Of a stretch of DNA of 64,000 nt, positions 47,378-56,709 are shown one piece after another. The stretch is from contig CAYPCY010000002.1 of assembly GCA_964409385.1 (NCBI GenBank), positions 79,941 to 143,940 of the forward strand. The letters run 5' to 3'. The DNA comes from an uncultured Methanosarcinales archaeon. GTDB lineage: Archaea; Nanobdellota; Nanobdellia; Woesearchaeales; CAYPCY01. The translations under genes were made by a program, and so were the position numbers. Each line of letters begins with the position of its first letter. Within the stretch, counting starts at the first letter, position 1. The notes under the pieces are model-generated. The model saw nothing but the letters and a program-made list of their open reading frames with translations, was not told the DNA's origin and did no database searches.

Positions 47378-48085
47378 GTGAAAAATAAAATGTTAAAATG
47401 TAAAAATAAGGAAATAGTTGTTCCGGGAGAAATATTATGTGAAGGTATGGATTTCCTGCCTAGCTACGGAACGTATAGGGATGATAAAGTAATTAGATCA
47501 TCTATAGTGGGTCTTGTTAATGTTGACGGTAAGGTCATTAAGATAATGCCTACTTCTGGAAGGTATTTTCCTAGACGGGGAGATACTATTATTGGAAGAG
47601 TTTTTGATATTACAATGAATGGGTGGAGATTGAATATTAACAGTCCATACTCTGCTTTTTTGACTATGATGGAGGCTTCTTCTCAGTTTATTAAGAAGGG
47701 TTCTGACTTGAGTAGGATTCTTCCTATGGAGGGTTACATGGTTGGTAAGATAACTAATGTTACTGGTCAGAATTTGATTGATTTGACTATGAAAGGTCCT
47801 GGTTTGAGAAAACTTGATGGGGGAGTTATTGTTAATGTTAGTTCTTCTAAAGTGCCTAGGATTATTGGCAGGCAGGGTTCTATGATTAAGTTAATCAAGG
47901 AAGCTACTGGTTGTTTTATAACGGTTGGTCAGAATGGTCTTGTTTGGCTGTCTGGTGAGGCTAAGAATGAAGCGGTTGCTATTAAGGCGATTGAATTGAT
48001 TAATGAGAATGGTCATAAGAAGGGTTTGACTGATGAAGTCAAGAAGTTTCTGGAGAAGGAAACTGGTAAGAAATTAGAGGTTTAA
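47378..48085 (+). CDS. rrp4: Exosome subunit Rrp4 (S1 + KH)
   Basis: VVPGEIL N-terminus, S1 domain, KH motif GRQGSMIKLI. Confidence 0.85.
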   Translation: MKNKMLKCKNKEIVVPGEILCEGMDFLPSYGTYRDDKVIRSSIVGLVNVDGKVIKIMPTSGRYFPRRGDTIIGRVFDITMNGWRLNINSPYSAFLTMMEASSQFIKKGSDLSRILPMEGYMVGKITNVTGQNLIDLTMKGPGLRKLDGGVIVNVSSSKVPRIIGRQGSMIKLIKEATGCFITVGQNGLVWLSGEAKNEAVAIKAIELINENGHKKGLTDEVKKFLEKETGKKLEV

Positions 48086-48086
48086 A

Positions 48087-48779
48087 ATGTATAAGAAAAG
48101 ATTAGACGGTAGAAAACCATCTGAATTTAGGAAGGCAAGTGCTGAAGTTGGTGTTGTTAAGAATGCTGTAGGCTCTGCTCGTTTTCAGATTGGTAAGACT
48201 TCGGCTTATGCTGCAGTTTATGGTCCTAGGGAGATTATTCCTAGGCATAAAATGTCTGCGAAGTCTGGAGTTTTAAGATGTAATTATAATATGATGCCAT
48301 TTTCTGGTATGGGTGACAGGGTTAGACCTGGTAATAATAGGAGATCAACTGAAATTTCTTATGTTACGGAGAATTCTTTACTTCCTGTGTTGGATTTGAA
48401 GAAATTCCCTAATACGGGAGTTGATGTTTTTATTGAGTTGGATCAGACTGACGCTGGTTCTAGATGTGCAGGTATTACTGCTGCGTCTTTGGCTTTGGCT
48501 GATGCTGGTTTTGCAATGAAGGATTTGGTAGTTGCAGTGGCTGTTGGTAGTGTTGATGGAACTTTAGTTGTTGATTTGAGTTATGAAGAGGAAGATTTTG
48601 ATGCTCCTGTAGCGGATATTCCTTTTGCTATAATTCCTAGTACTGGCGAGGTTACTTTATTACAGATGGATGGTAAACTTTCTCAAGAGACTTTGATGAA
48701 AGCTTATGATATGGCTAAGAAGGCTGCGGATGAGATTTATGATATTATGAAGTCTGCATTAAAGAAAAGGTATGATTAA
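48087..48779 (+). CDS. rrp41: Exosome subunit Rrp41 (RNase PH)
   Basis: RLDGRKPSEFR and GSAR RNase PH motifs. Confidence 0.85.
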   Translation: MYKKRLDGRKPSEFRKASAEVGVVKNAVGSARFQIGKTSAYAAVYGPREIIPRHKMSAKSGVLRCNYNMMPFSGMGDRVRPGNNRRSTEISYVTENSLLPVLDLKKFPNTGVDVFIELDQTDAGSRCAGITAASLALADAGFAMKDLVVAVAVGSVDGTLVVDLSYEEEDFDAPVADIPFAIIPSTGEVTLLQMDGKLSQETLMKAYDMAKKAADEIYDIMKSALKKRYD

Positions 48780-49548
48780 AATGAATGAGACTATGAAGAA
48801 ACATTTACAAAATTCCATTTCTAATGGTATTAGATTGGATGGTAGGAAGCTTGAAGAGTTTAGAAAGTTGGAAGTTGAGACTGGCGTTGTTGCTACTGCT
48901 GAAGGTTCTGCTAGGGTTAAACTTGGTAATACTGAATTGATTGCTGGGGTTAAGATGGCTGTTATGTCGCCTTATTCTGACAGGCCTGATGAGGGGACTT
49001 TAATGGTTAATGCTGAATTGACTGCTATGAGTCATGAAAAGTATAAATTAGGACCTCCTGAGGCTGATGCTATTGAAATAGCAAGAGTGGTTGATAGGGG
49101 TATTAGAGAAAGTCATGCTATTGATGTTGGAAAACTTTGTATTACTAAGGGCGAAAAGGTTTGGATGGTTGGTATTGATATTGTTACTATTAATACTGAT
49201 GGTAATTTGATTGATGCTGCGGGTATTGCTACTTTGGCTGCTATTAAGGATGCGTTCTTTCCTGAATATGATGGTGAGAATGTTGATTATAAGAAGAAGA
49301 CTAAGAATAAAGTCCCTTTGAATTCTGAACCTTTACCAGTTACTGTTTTTAAGATTGGTAAGGATTTGGTTTTAGATCCTACTTTTAGTGAAGAGGAGGC
49401 TGCTGATGCTAGAATTACAGTTACTATTTTGGCTGATGGTACTTTGTGTTCTTTACAAAAGGGTGGTAATGCTACTTTCACGAGGGATGAATTGGATAAG
49501 GCTACTAAATTAGCTGTTAAGATGAGGAAGAAATTAAAATGGAATTAA
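48772..49548 (+). CDS. rrp42: Exosome subunit Rrp42
   Basis: IRLDGRKLEEFR...EGSARV inactive RNase PH-like fold. Confidence 0.85.
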   Translation: MIKMNETMKKHLQNSISNGIRLDGRKLEEFRKLEVETGVVATAEGSARVKLGNTELIAGVKMAVMSPYSDRPDEGTLMVNAELTAMSHEKYKLGPPEADAIEIARVVDRGIRESHAIDVGKLCITKGEKVWMVGIDIVTINTDGNLIDAAGIATLAAIKDAFFPEYDGENVDYKKKTKNKVPLNSEPLPVTVFKIGKDLVLDPTFSEEEAADARITVTILADGTLCSLQKGGNATFTRDELDKATKLAVKMRKKLKWN

Positions 49549-49745
49549 GAGATGATACTAAGTATGAGAAGGCTAGGATGATTGGTTCTAGATCTTTGCA
49601 ATTATCTATGGGTGCTCCTTTCCTGATTAAATTAAGTAAGAAGGAGCTTGAGGGGATGAAGTTTAATCCTATTGAGATTGCTAGGAGAGAGTATGATTCT
49701 GAGGCTATTCCTATAACTATTAAAAGGCCATTACCTGGCCAATAG
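49539..49745 (+). CDS. rpoK: RNA polymerase subunit Rpo6/RpoK
   Basis: TKYEKARMIGSRSLQLSMGAP Rpb6 signature. Confidence 0.75.
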   Translation: MELRDDTKYEKARMIGSRSLQLSMGAPFLIKLSKKELEGMKFNPIEIARREYDSEAIPITIKRPLPGQ

Positions 49746-49835
49746 TTTTTCTTTTTCGTTACTTTTTCATTTTTTCTACAGATTTACCGAGATTTTATTG
49801 CGAATTTTTTTTAAACTATTTTATTAGTTTATTTT

Positions 49836-50141
49836 GTGAAGGATTTTATAGATATACTTAGAAAATATGAGGAAGAAGATATTATAATAACCAATCATGC
49901 TAGGAAGCAAGCATTATTCAGAGGAATTAATATTGAGGAGATAAAAGAAAACATTATAAATCCTAAATTGCTAAAGTTTGTTAAGAAACAAGAAGCTTTG
50001 AAACCTAATGAAGAAAAGTTTGATTGTTATTTTGGCTATAGCAAGACTAAGTGTCACAGGCATATTTTGGTTTTGAACAAGAAATGCATTTTTTGTACCG
50101 TAATAAAAATTAATAGGAGATGGCAAAGAATAATAAAATGA
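49836..50141 (+). CDS. DUF4258-family putative toxin
   Basis: ITNHARKQALFRGINIEEIKENI matches the DUF4258 consensus. Confidence 0.55.
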   Translation: MKDFIDILRKYEEEDIIITNHARKQALFRGINIEEIKENIINPKLLKFVKKQEALKPNEEKFDCYFGYSKTKCHRHILVLNKKCIFCTVIKINRRWQRIIK

Positions 50142-50470
50142 ATTTTAGTTATGATAGAGAGAGTGATGATTTGTTCTTGTACAGTTCAAAATCTAAAGGA
50201 AGTATTGAAATTGGAGATTTTATTCTTGATTTTAATAACAGGAAGGAACTTGTTGGTTTAGAATTAATGAATGCTTCCAGGGTTCTTGAGGATATTACTG
50301 GTGAGAATGTTAATAAATTATTAAATAATCTTAAGAGTTGTTCAGTAAATATTAAGTCTTGTGGTAGTTTGTTAATAATTCAAATTCATTTAATTAGTGA
50401 GTCTAAAGAATTAAATCCTGTTATTTCATTCCCTTCTATTACTAAAAGTCCTTTTTTGGCTTTTGCTTGA
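50138..50470 (+). CDS. DUF2283-family putative antitoxin (with C-terminal extension)
   Basis: MNFSYDRESDDLFLY...GDFILDFNNRKELVGLEL matches DUF2283. Start overlaps the toxin stop (ATGA). Confidence 0.55.
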   Translation: MNFSYDRESDDLFLYSSKSKGSIEIGDFILDFNNRKELVGLELMNASRVLEDITGENVNKLLNNLKSCSVNIKSCGSLLIIQIHLISESKELNPVISFPSITKSPFLAFA

Positions 50471-50518
50471 AAGATTTAAAGTAGAACACTTAAAAACTAG
50501 TTCTTATTCTTTCTTTTA

Positions 50519-50731
50519 ATGAGTGGTTATTATCGTGAGTGGTATTTGAGGAATAAAGAGAAGAAGATACTGTATAATAGAGCTTATTATAATGAGAATA
50601 AGGATAGGATTAGGCAGAAGCAGAAGGAATATTATGATAGGGAAAAGCATGTTATAAACACTCAAAGAAAAGTCAGGAGAGACGAAGCTAGGATTAAAAG
50701 AAATATGGAAAGGTTAGAAGATTTACTTTAG
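50519..50731 (+). CDS. Small highly basic Tyr/Arg/Lys-rich hypothetical protein
   Basis: 70-aa ORF with no motif; located in the TA-rich island. Confidence 0.3.
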   Translation: MSGYYREWYLRNKEKKILYNRAYYNENKDRIRQKQKEYYDREKHVINTQRKVRRDEARIKRNMERLEDLL

Positions 50732-50823
50732 GTTTTTGAATGTTCTTTCAAAATTTTATAACGAAAAGGATTTATTTTAACTAATTCTAGTTTTTCATAA
50801 ATGAGTTGGTTTTATTATGTACA

Positions 50824-51063
50824 TTAACGTTTTAACTTTCTGAACAATTCTTTTTCAGTTCCGTAAAGATTTTTTTCTTCACTTATCTTAATTAGTTTAT
50901 TCAATAGTTTTTTTTCTTCAAACAATTTTTCTCTTAAAGTTTCTTTAATGAATTCTTGCACTGTACCAAATCCGTTTTTTTCAGCATAGTCTTTAGCTGA
51001 AACTAACATTTTTTCAGATAAGCGAACATTCACTTGTTTATTCATACTATCAATAGATACCAT
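50824..51063 (-). CDS. Ribbon-helix-helix (CopG/ParD-like) protein
   Basis: NVRLSEKMLVSAKDYAEKNGFGTVQEFIKETLREKL is a beta-strand followed by two helices, typical of RHH. Start taken at MVSIDS (51063). Confidence 0.5.
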   Translation of the reverse strand: MVSIDSMNKQVNVRLSEKMLVSAKDYAEKNGFGTVQEFIKETLREKLFEEKKLLNKLIKISEEKNLYGTEKELFRKLKR

Positions 51064-51187
51064 TAGATATTTAAACTTTTCGGATAAAAAGTCAACCTCC
51101 AACTAAACTAATAAAAGACTAATTAATAAAATCAAACCTTTAATTCTCGGAAAAAACTTTTTATACTAGAACTATTAAAGAATCATT

Positions 51188-51394
51188 ATGTGCGATTTCA
51201 AAAACTGGGACAAGAAAGTTAAAAAACTTAACATTTTTGACATTGGTTTGATTAAACTTTCAGTTTTAGCATTTACTTTATTCTTGTTAGCAATACTTCC
51301 TAAACTTAATGAGTTTCTAATGAGTATTCATTGGGGTTGGTATTTAGCTATTGCTATTATAGTTTCTTACAAGCCTTCAAAGAAGTTTTTCTAA
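51188..51394 (+). CDS. Small two-TM hypothetical protein
   Basis: 68-aa hydrophobic ORF. Confidence 0.3.
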   Translation: MCDFKNWDKKVKKLNIFDIGLIKLSVLAFTLFLLAILPKLNEFLMSIHWGWYLAIAIIVSYKPSKKFF

Positions 51395-52593
51395 TGTCTT
51401 CTAGTTCTTCTTTTATAGAATGGTTTTCCCCTATTATTCCTTTTGCTCTTAAAATCGGATTTTACTTGGACTGTTTTTATCCTTTCAAGAACTGGAGTTT
51501 CTACCTTATCAATTCTAAATTTAGAGTATGCATTTAACACTTTTGAAAAGTTGTCATAATCCACGTCACTTATTAGGTTGATTGCTTCTCCTTCTTCTCC
51601 TGCTCTTGCTGTTCTTCCTATCCTGTGAACATAGTCTTTTGCATCCATTGGAATTCCATAATTGTATACATGTGATACATTGTCTATATGTAATCCTCTT
51701 GCTGCAACGTCTGTACATACTAGAACAGCTACTGCCTTGTCATCGAATGTTTTCATCATTCTCATTCTTTTATTCTGTGTCAATCCACCGTGAATAGCCA
51801 CTGCTTTAACACCATTAACTTTCAGGTTCTTAGCAACAAAATCAGTTGTTTTCCTAGTATTGCAAAATACCATTGCTTGTTCTACACTTTCGTGTCTTAA
51901 CAATTGAACTAGCAAGCTTAATTTTTTATTTCTAGAAATATCATAATAGATTTGTTTTAGCTTGCTTGGATCTACATGTTGAACTGCGGATATTTTCACT
52001 GCATTATTCATGTACTTGTTAGATAATCTTCTAATCTCGTGTGAGATAGTTGCTGAAAAGAATAATGTTTGTTGTCTAGAATGACATTTTTTTATTATTT
52101 TCTCTACATCATCTATGAATCCCATATCTAACATTCTGTCTGCTTCATCTAGTACTAAGATTTTAACTTTGGACAAGTTTATAGTTCCCCTTTGTAAATG
52201 ATCTAACATTCTTCCAGGAGTTGCTACTACAACGTCCGTCTTTCTTAAATCATTAATTTGCGGATTTATAGATACTCCTCCATAAATTGCTGTTGTTCTC
52301 AAATGTTTTGAGTAAGAAAGTTGTTTTAAAGAATTCTTTACTTGCTCTGCCAATTCTCTTGTTGGTGTTAATACTATTGCTTGTATTCCCTTTCCAGGAA
52401 AGGAATTCTCTACAATTCCACAACCAAAAGCAAGTGTTTTTCCAGAACCAGTTGCTGATTCTCCAATAACATCCTTTCCTTTAATGATGTGTGGTATTGA
52501 TTTTTCTTGTATTTCTGTAGGTTTTGTGAACTTTAATTGCTCTATAACAGCAAATAAGTCTTTACTTAAACCTAAATTTTTAAATAAATTCAT
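51391..52593 (-). CDS. DEAD-box RNA helicase
   Basis: Q motif, Walker A ATGSGKT, PTRELA, DEAD, SAT, HRIGRTARAG. Confidence 0.85.
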   Translation of the reverse strand: MNLFKNLGLSKDLFAVIEQLKFTKPTEIQEKSIPHIIKGKDVIGESATGSGKTLAFGCGIVENSFPGKGIQAIVLTPTRELAEQVKNSLKQLSYSKHLRTTAIYGGVSINPQINDLRKTDVVVATPGRMLDHLQRGTINLSKVKILVLDEADRMLDMGFIDDVEKIIKKCHSRQQTLFFSATISHEIRRLSNKYMNNAVKISAVQHVDPSKLKQIYYDISRNKKLSLLVQLLRHESVEQAMVFCNTRKTTDFVAKNLKVNGVKAVAIHGGLTQNKRMRMMKTFDDKAVAVLVCTDVAARGLHIDNVSHVYNYGIPMDAKDYVHRIGRTARAGEEGEAINLISDVDYDNFSKVLNAYSKFRIDKVETPVLERIKTVQVKSDFKSKRNNRGKPFYKRRTRRH

Positions 52594-53314
52594 TTGTTTA
52601 CCTCTTGTAATATTTACTTAGAAAAAGCGAAGTGATTGTTCAAGTGCTTTCTCCCTTCGAATAAATAGTACTTTTACCTTAGAAATTGCATTTCTTTTTT
52701 AAAGCTTCTTGTTTTCGTTACATTTTTTTGAAAAAGTTATGATAAACAGAATGTTTTTAGTTAAGTTTTTATATTCCTAAATTATCTAAAGTATTATGTT
52801 AATGATAATAAAAGAGATTATATTTTATTTGCTTTTAATTGATAGTGTAGGTGCTAACCTTGGCGCATGGTTTTTTCCAAAATGGTATACAAAAAATTTC
52901 AAATGGTTTGCTAAAAGATTTCCTTTAATAAAAAGCTGGTGCATATTATATTTGTTACTGGTTTTATGGATTGGTTATCTAGTATATTTTTAATGATTAT
53001 GGGTGGGGGAGAAATAAATATTTTTAAGAGGTTCAAAAATAAAGAATTTGATAATCTGGAATATTTGATTCTGAAAGATAATAATATAAGTTGTATTTCT
53101 TCTGATTTGAATAATCTTGTAAAGAGTATATCTAAGATTTCTAAAGAGGATAGTATTAATAAGATTGTCTATAATCAAAAGATACCGGAAGGGATGAATA
53201 GTGGATATTTCTATGGATGTTTAAGCATTGATGAAACGAGAGAGATAGATAAATATATTGATAAAACAAAAATTTTTAGTTAGTTTTTTATATTATATAA
53301 TCAAACTTAATTGA

Positions 53315-53905
53315 ATGTTTGTTTTTGATTTTGATGGTGTGATTGCAGATTCTTTCCAGCAAGTTACTAATATATTCCATAAGGTAGGTAAAGAATATGG
53401 AGTAATAGTTAATTCTGAGGATGACTTGGCAAGACTTTATGAAAATAATATTTTTGATTCTTTAAGAAAGAGGGGATTGTCAGAGAATGAAATTCAAGAG
53501 ATGATTCTTAAGATTAGGACTGAACAAGAAAAGTTAGAAATTAAATTGTTTCCTGGAATGAAAACTTTCCTTAAAAAAATTGATTTTATTGTAATAACTT
53601 CTAACATTGGTAGTATTGTTAAAAAATATTTAAACGAACATGGTATAAAACCTATTAGTGTTATTGGTGCAGAGCATGAAACTAGTAAGGTGAAGAAACT
53701 TCTTAAAATTAAAAACAACAAAACATTTTATATTGGAGATACTGTTGGGGATATTAAGGAAGGGAAGTTAGCAAAGGTTAAGACTATTGCAGTAACTTGG
53801 GGTTTTCATAATAAAACAGTCTTAAAAAAGGAAAATCCTGATTTTGTGACAGATTCTATTAAGGATTTAGAAAATATTTATATAAGAGAAAATAAGAAAT
53901 TTTAG
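53315..53905 (+). CDS. HAD-superfamily hydrolase
   Basis: Motif I FVFDFDGVIAD; motif IV GDTVGD. Confidence 0.7.
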   Translation: MFVFDFDGVIADSFQQVTNIFHKVGKEYGVIVNSEDDLARLYENNIFDSLRKRGLSENEIQEMILKIRTEQEKLEIKLFPGMKTFLKKIDFIVITSNIGSIVKKYLNEHGIKPISVIGAEHETSKVKKLLKIKNNKTFYIGDTVGDIKEGKLAKVKTIAVTWGFHNKTVLKKENPDFVTDSIKDLENIYIRENKKF

Positions 53906-53907
53906 TA

Positions 53908-54594
53908 ATGGCAGATCTTAAATCATGGATTGATGAACAAAAAGCGAAGGGTTTTACTGAAGATCAATTAAAGGAACATCTTAAAAAGAATGGTTATGAT
54001 GATGCTAAGATTAATGAAGCGTTCACTCCAGAACCTCCAAGTCCTCAATTAAGTACTGCTGAACAACCAACTCCAAATCCTGTTCCTGAACAAACAACAA
54101 TTCCTGAAGGTTCTTTACCTAAAAAATCAAAATCTATAAATTTTATTATTATTGGTGTTATTGCAGTTTTAGCAATTGCATTCATTGTTTATTTGAACAT
54201 GGGTCCTACTAATTGTCCTGATGAGGCTTGTTTTACAGAAAATTTGAAAAAGTGTGAAAAGGCAGTTTTTGTTTCTGAAGGGAATGATGGAAAGATAAGA
54301 CAAACAATTACTAGTGGTAGAAGTTTAGACGAGCAAGGTAATATTGAGTGGTGTAATGTTAAGACTGAAGTTCTCACATCACCAATTCAGGAAGTTGTTG
54401 GTTTGAGTATGGTTTGTAAGATGCCTATTAGTAGTATTTCTATTCCTGAATGTAATGGTGAATTGTGGGAGTACACTCAAGCTCAAATGCAGGCGGCATT
54501 GGATGCCATGGGTGATTTAATAAGTAATACTACAAGTGGGGGAATGCCTGATGTTGATTTACCTGATGGTTTTCCAAGCCTTGACTTTCCATAA
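53908..54594 (+). CDS. Membrane-anchored hypothetical protein with Cys-rich extracytoplasmic domain
   Basis: Cytoplasmic N-domain, Pro-rich linker, one TM helix, C-domain with 8 Cys. Confidence 0.45.
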   Translation: MADLKSWIDEQKAKGFTEDQLKEHLKKNGYDDAKINEAFTPEPPSPQLSTAEQPTPNPVPEQTTIPEGSLPKKSKSINFIIIGVIAVLAIAFIVYLNMGPTNCPDEACFTENLKKCEKAVFVSEGNDGKIRQTITSGRSLDEQGNIEWCNVKTEVLTSPIQEVVGLSMVCKMPISSISIPECNGELWEYTQAQMQAALDAMGDLISNTTSGGMPDVDLPDGFPSLDFP

Positions 54595-55332
54595 CCAGTA
54601 AATACTTATTATTATCATTATTAGATTTAGCCATTGTCCAACTCCTAAATTAAAATAAAGCGTTTCTTCTTTGTAAAAGTCTATTATGAACCTTCCTAGA
54701 GCGTATAAGAAAACAAATGAATAAAACACAACTCCTGGCTTTAATTTCTTAAATAAATAAAGAGGTAGTAAAATAACAAACACAGTAAGATTCTTTAACG
54801 AAGCATAAAGTTGGTATGCGTGTCTGTAAACTAATTCGCCATTGGAAGTTTCATTATTGAAATTAACTCCTAAGGAAGAATCAGTAATTTTGCCAACTAA
54901 TTCTGAATTAATATAATTTGCAATTCTTCCTAGGAACAAGAAGAAGCTTAAGGGCAGCATTAACAAATCGGCTAATTTATAGAAATTAATTTGTTCCTTC
55001 TTACAAAAGAAGTATGAATAAACAACCCCGCCTAATAAACCACCGTGAAAACTAAGGCCTCCCTTCCATATTTTAATTATTTCTATTGGATTACTTAAGT
55101 AGTATCCTGGACTCCATACTAAAACTTCAAAAATTCTAGCTCCTAAAATACTAAAGACCATCACATAAAAAATATAATCATCTATCTTCCCTACAGGAAA
55201 TTTCATCTTACGACTTAATTTCTTAATTAGATAATAACTAAATAAGAAACCGATTAAATAAACTAGTCCGTAATACCTAATCTGCAATCCTAGAATTTCA
55301 AAAGCGACAGGATCTATATTGTTGATGAACAT
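54559..55332 (-). CDS. lgt: Prolipoprotein diacylglyceryl transferase (bacterial type)
   Basis: Aligns along its full length with E. coli Lgt: DPVAFEILG..YYGLVYLIGFLF; signature WKGGLSFHGGLLGGVV; GRIANYINSELVGK; RHAYQLYAS; LYALGRFIIDFYKE. Confidence 0.8.
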   Translation of the reverse strand: MFINNIDPVAFEILGLQIRYYGLVYLIGFLFSYYLIKKLSRKMKFPVGKIDDYIFYVMVFSILGARIFEVLVWSPGYYLSNPIEIIKIWKGGLSFHGGLLGGVVYSYFFCKKEQINFYKLADLLMLPLSFFLFLGRIANYINSELVGKITDSSLGVNFNNETSNGELVYRHAYQLYASLKNLTVFVILLPLYLFKKLKPGVVFYSFVFLYALGRFIIDFYKEETLYFNLGVGQWLNLIMIIISIYWLWKVKAWKTIR

Positions 55333-55417
55333 ATAAATTAAAAAAGCAATTAATTATTTAATATTATCGCAACCTTAATATACTTCTTATAACAACTTTT
55401 AACTAAAGGGGTGTATT

Positions 55418-56599
55418 ATGGAAGTTTTGAGTTTGTTTTTAATTCTTTTGGGATTGTCTTTCATACTTTCAGAGTTTTTCGAATCTAAAAGAATTCCTAA
55501 ATTCCTCGGTCCCTTGCTAGTAGGTATTATTTTTGGATTACCATTATTAAAACCTTTAATTGTTGATTCTTTAGATTTTATTAAGGTCTTTGCAGATTTG
55601 GGTTTATTATTCTTAATGTTTTATACTGGATTGCAGATTGACTTGAATGTTTTCAGAAAGAAGAATCATGAGCCTATAGTGCATGGATTCTTAACTTTCT
55701 TACTGCCTTTCGTACTAGGTTTCTTCACAACTTTATACTTTGGATTTCCTTTAATTGTAGCATTAATTGTGGGTATTGCATTATCTGTAACTTCCGAGGC
55801 TATTGCAGTTAGTATTCTTGAAGAGTTCAATCTTAAAAGAAGAAAGATTGGAAGAACAGTATTAGCTTCTGGATTGGTGGATGATATTATTGGTATTGTA
55901 TTACTTTCTGTAATTGTTAGTTTCATTACTTTTTCTAACGAGCTCATGAGTCTTGGTTTTTTCTTTCTTGAAATTTTGGCTTTCATAATTGTTTTAATTA
56001 TTACTAGGTTTTTGTTAATTCCTAAACTATTAAAATTTGTTAATAATAAGTCCGAGTCGGAACTCCTAGTTTCCATGATTCTTTTAGCAGTATTGATGGC
56101 TTTAGCTGCTGATTATTTGGGGTTGAGTTCTATTATTGGTGCTGTAATTGCGGGTATTCTTATTAGACATGTCCTTAACCTCACAAGAAAACATTATGAG
56201 GAGGCTAAGATTGAAAAGTTAATTAGGATTGTTTCTTTCGAATTCTTAACTGTATTCTTTTATATTTGGGTGGGATTTCATGCGGATTTTTCATTAATTA
56301 ATCCTTTACTAGCAATATCACTAATTATTATTGCATTCTTAGGGAAGATTTTGGGAAGTACAATTTCAGGATTTTTCTATAAGAGATCTTTCAAATTTTC
56401 TCACTTGGTAGGTTGGGGTTTAAGTCCTAGGGGTGCTTTAGAACTTGCAATCTTGGAGATTGCTAGACAGTTTAATCTGATTCCTTTAGAATTATATTCT
56501 GCCATTGTTTTCATGGCTGTTACTACTATTGTTATTTCTCCTTTGGTATTCACTTTCTTAATTCGGAAAAATCATGCTCTACTTAAGGATAAGTTTTAA
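55418..56599 (+). CDS. CPA2-family cation:proton antiporter (Kef/NapA-like membrane domain)
   Basis: About 12 TM helices with the CPA motif region (GLVDDIIGIV). Confidence 0.75.
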   Translation: MEVLSLFLILLGLSFILSEFFESKRIPKFLGPLLVGIIFGLPLLKPLIVDSLDFIKVFADLGLLFLMFYTGLQIDLNVFRKKNHEPIVHGFLTFLLPFVLGFFTTLYFGFPLIVALIVGIALSVTSEAIAVSILEEFNLKRRKIGRTVLASGLVDDIIGIVLLSVIVSFITFSNELMSLGFFFLEILAFIIVLIITRFLLIPKLLKFVNNKSESELLVSMILLAVLMALAADYLGLSSIIGAVIAGILIRHVLNLTRKHYEEAKIEKLIRIVSFEFLTVFFYIWVGFHADFSLINPLLAISLIIIAFLGKILGSTISGFFYKRSFKFSHLVGWGLSPRGALELAILEIARQFNLIPLELYSAIVFMAVTTIVISPLVFTFLIRKNHALLKDKF

Positions 56600-56709
56600 A
56601 TAGTAGTTTTCTACTTCTTTGACTATGTTACAAACTTTAGTAGCTTCTATGATTATTATTTAGCTACGGCAGTTTTTTTAACTGCTAATTATAAAATGCT
56701 TAGTGTAAA

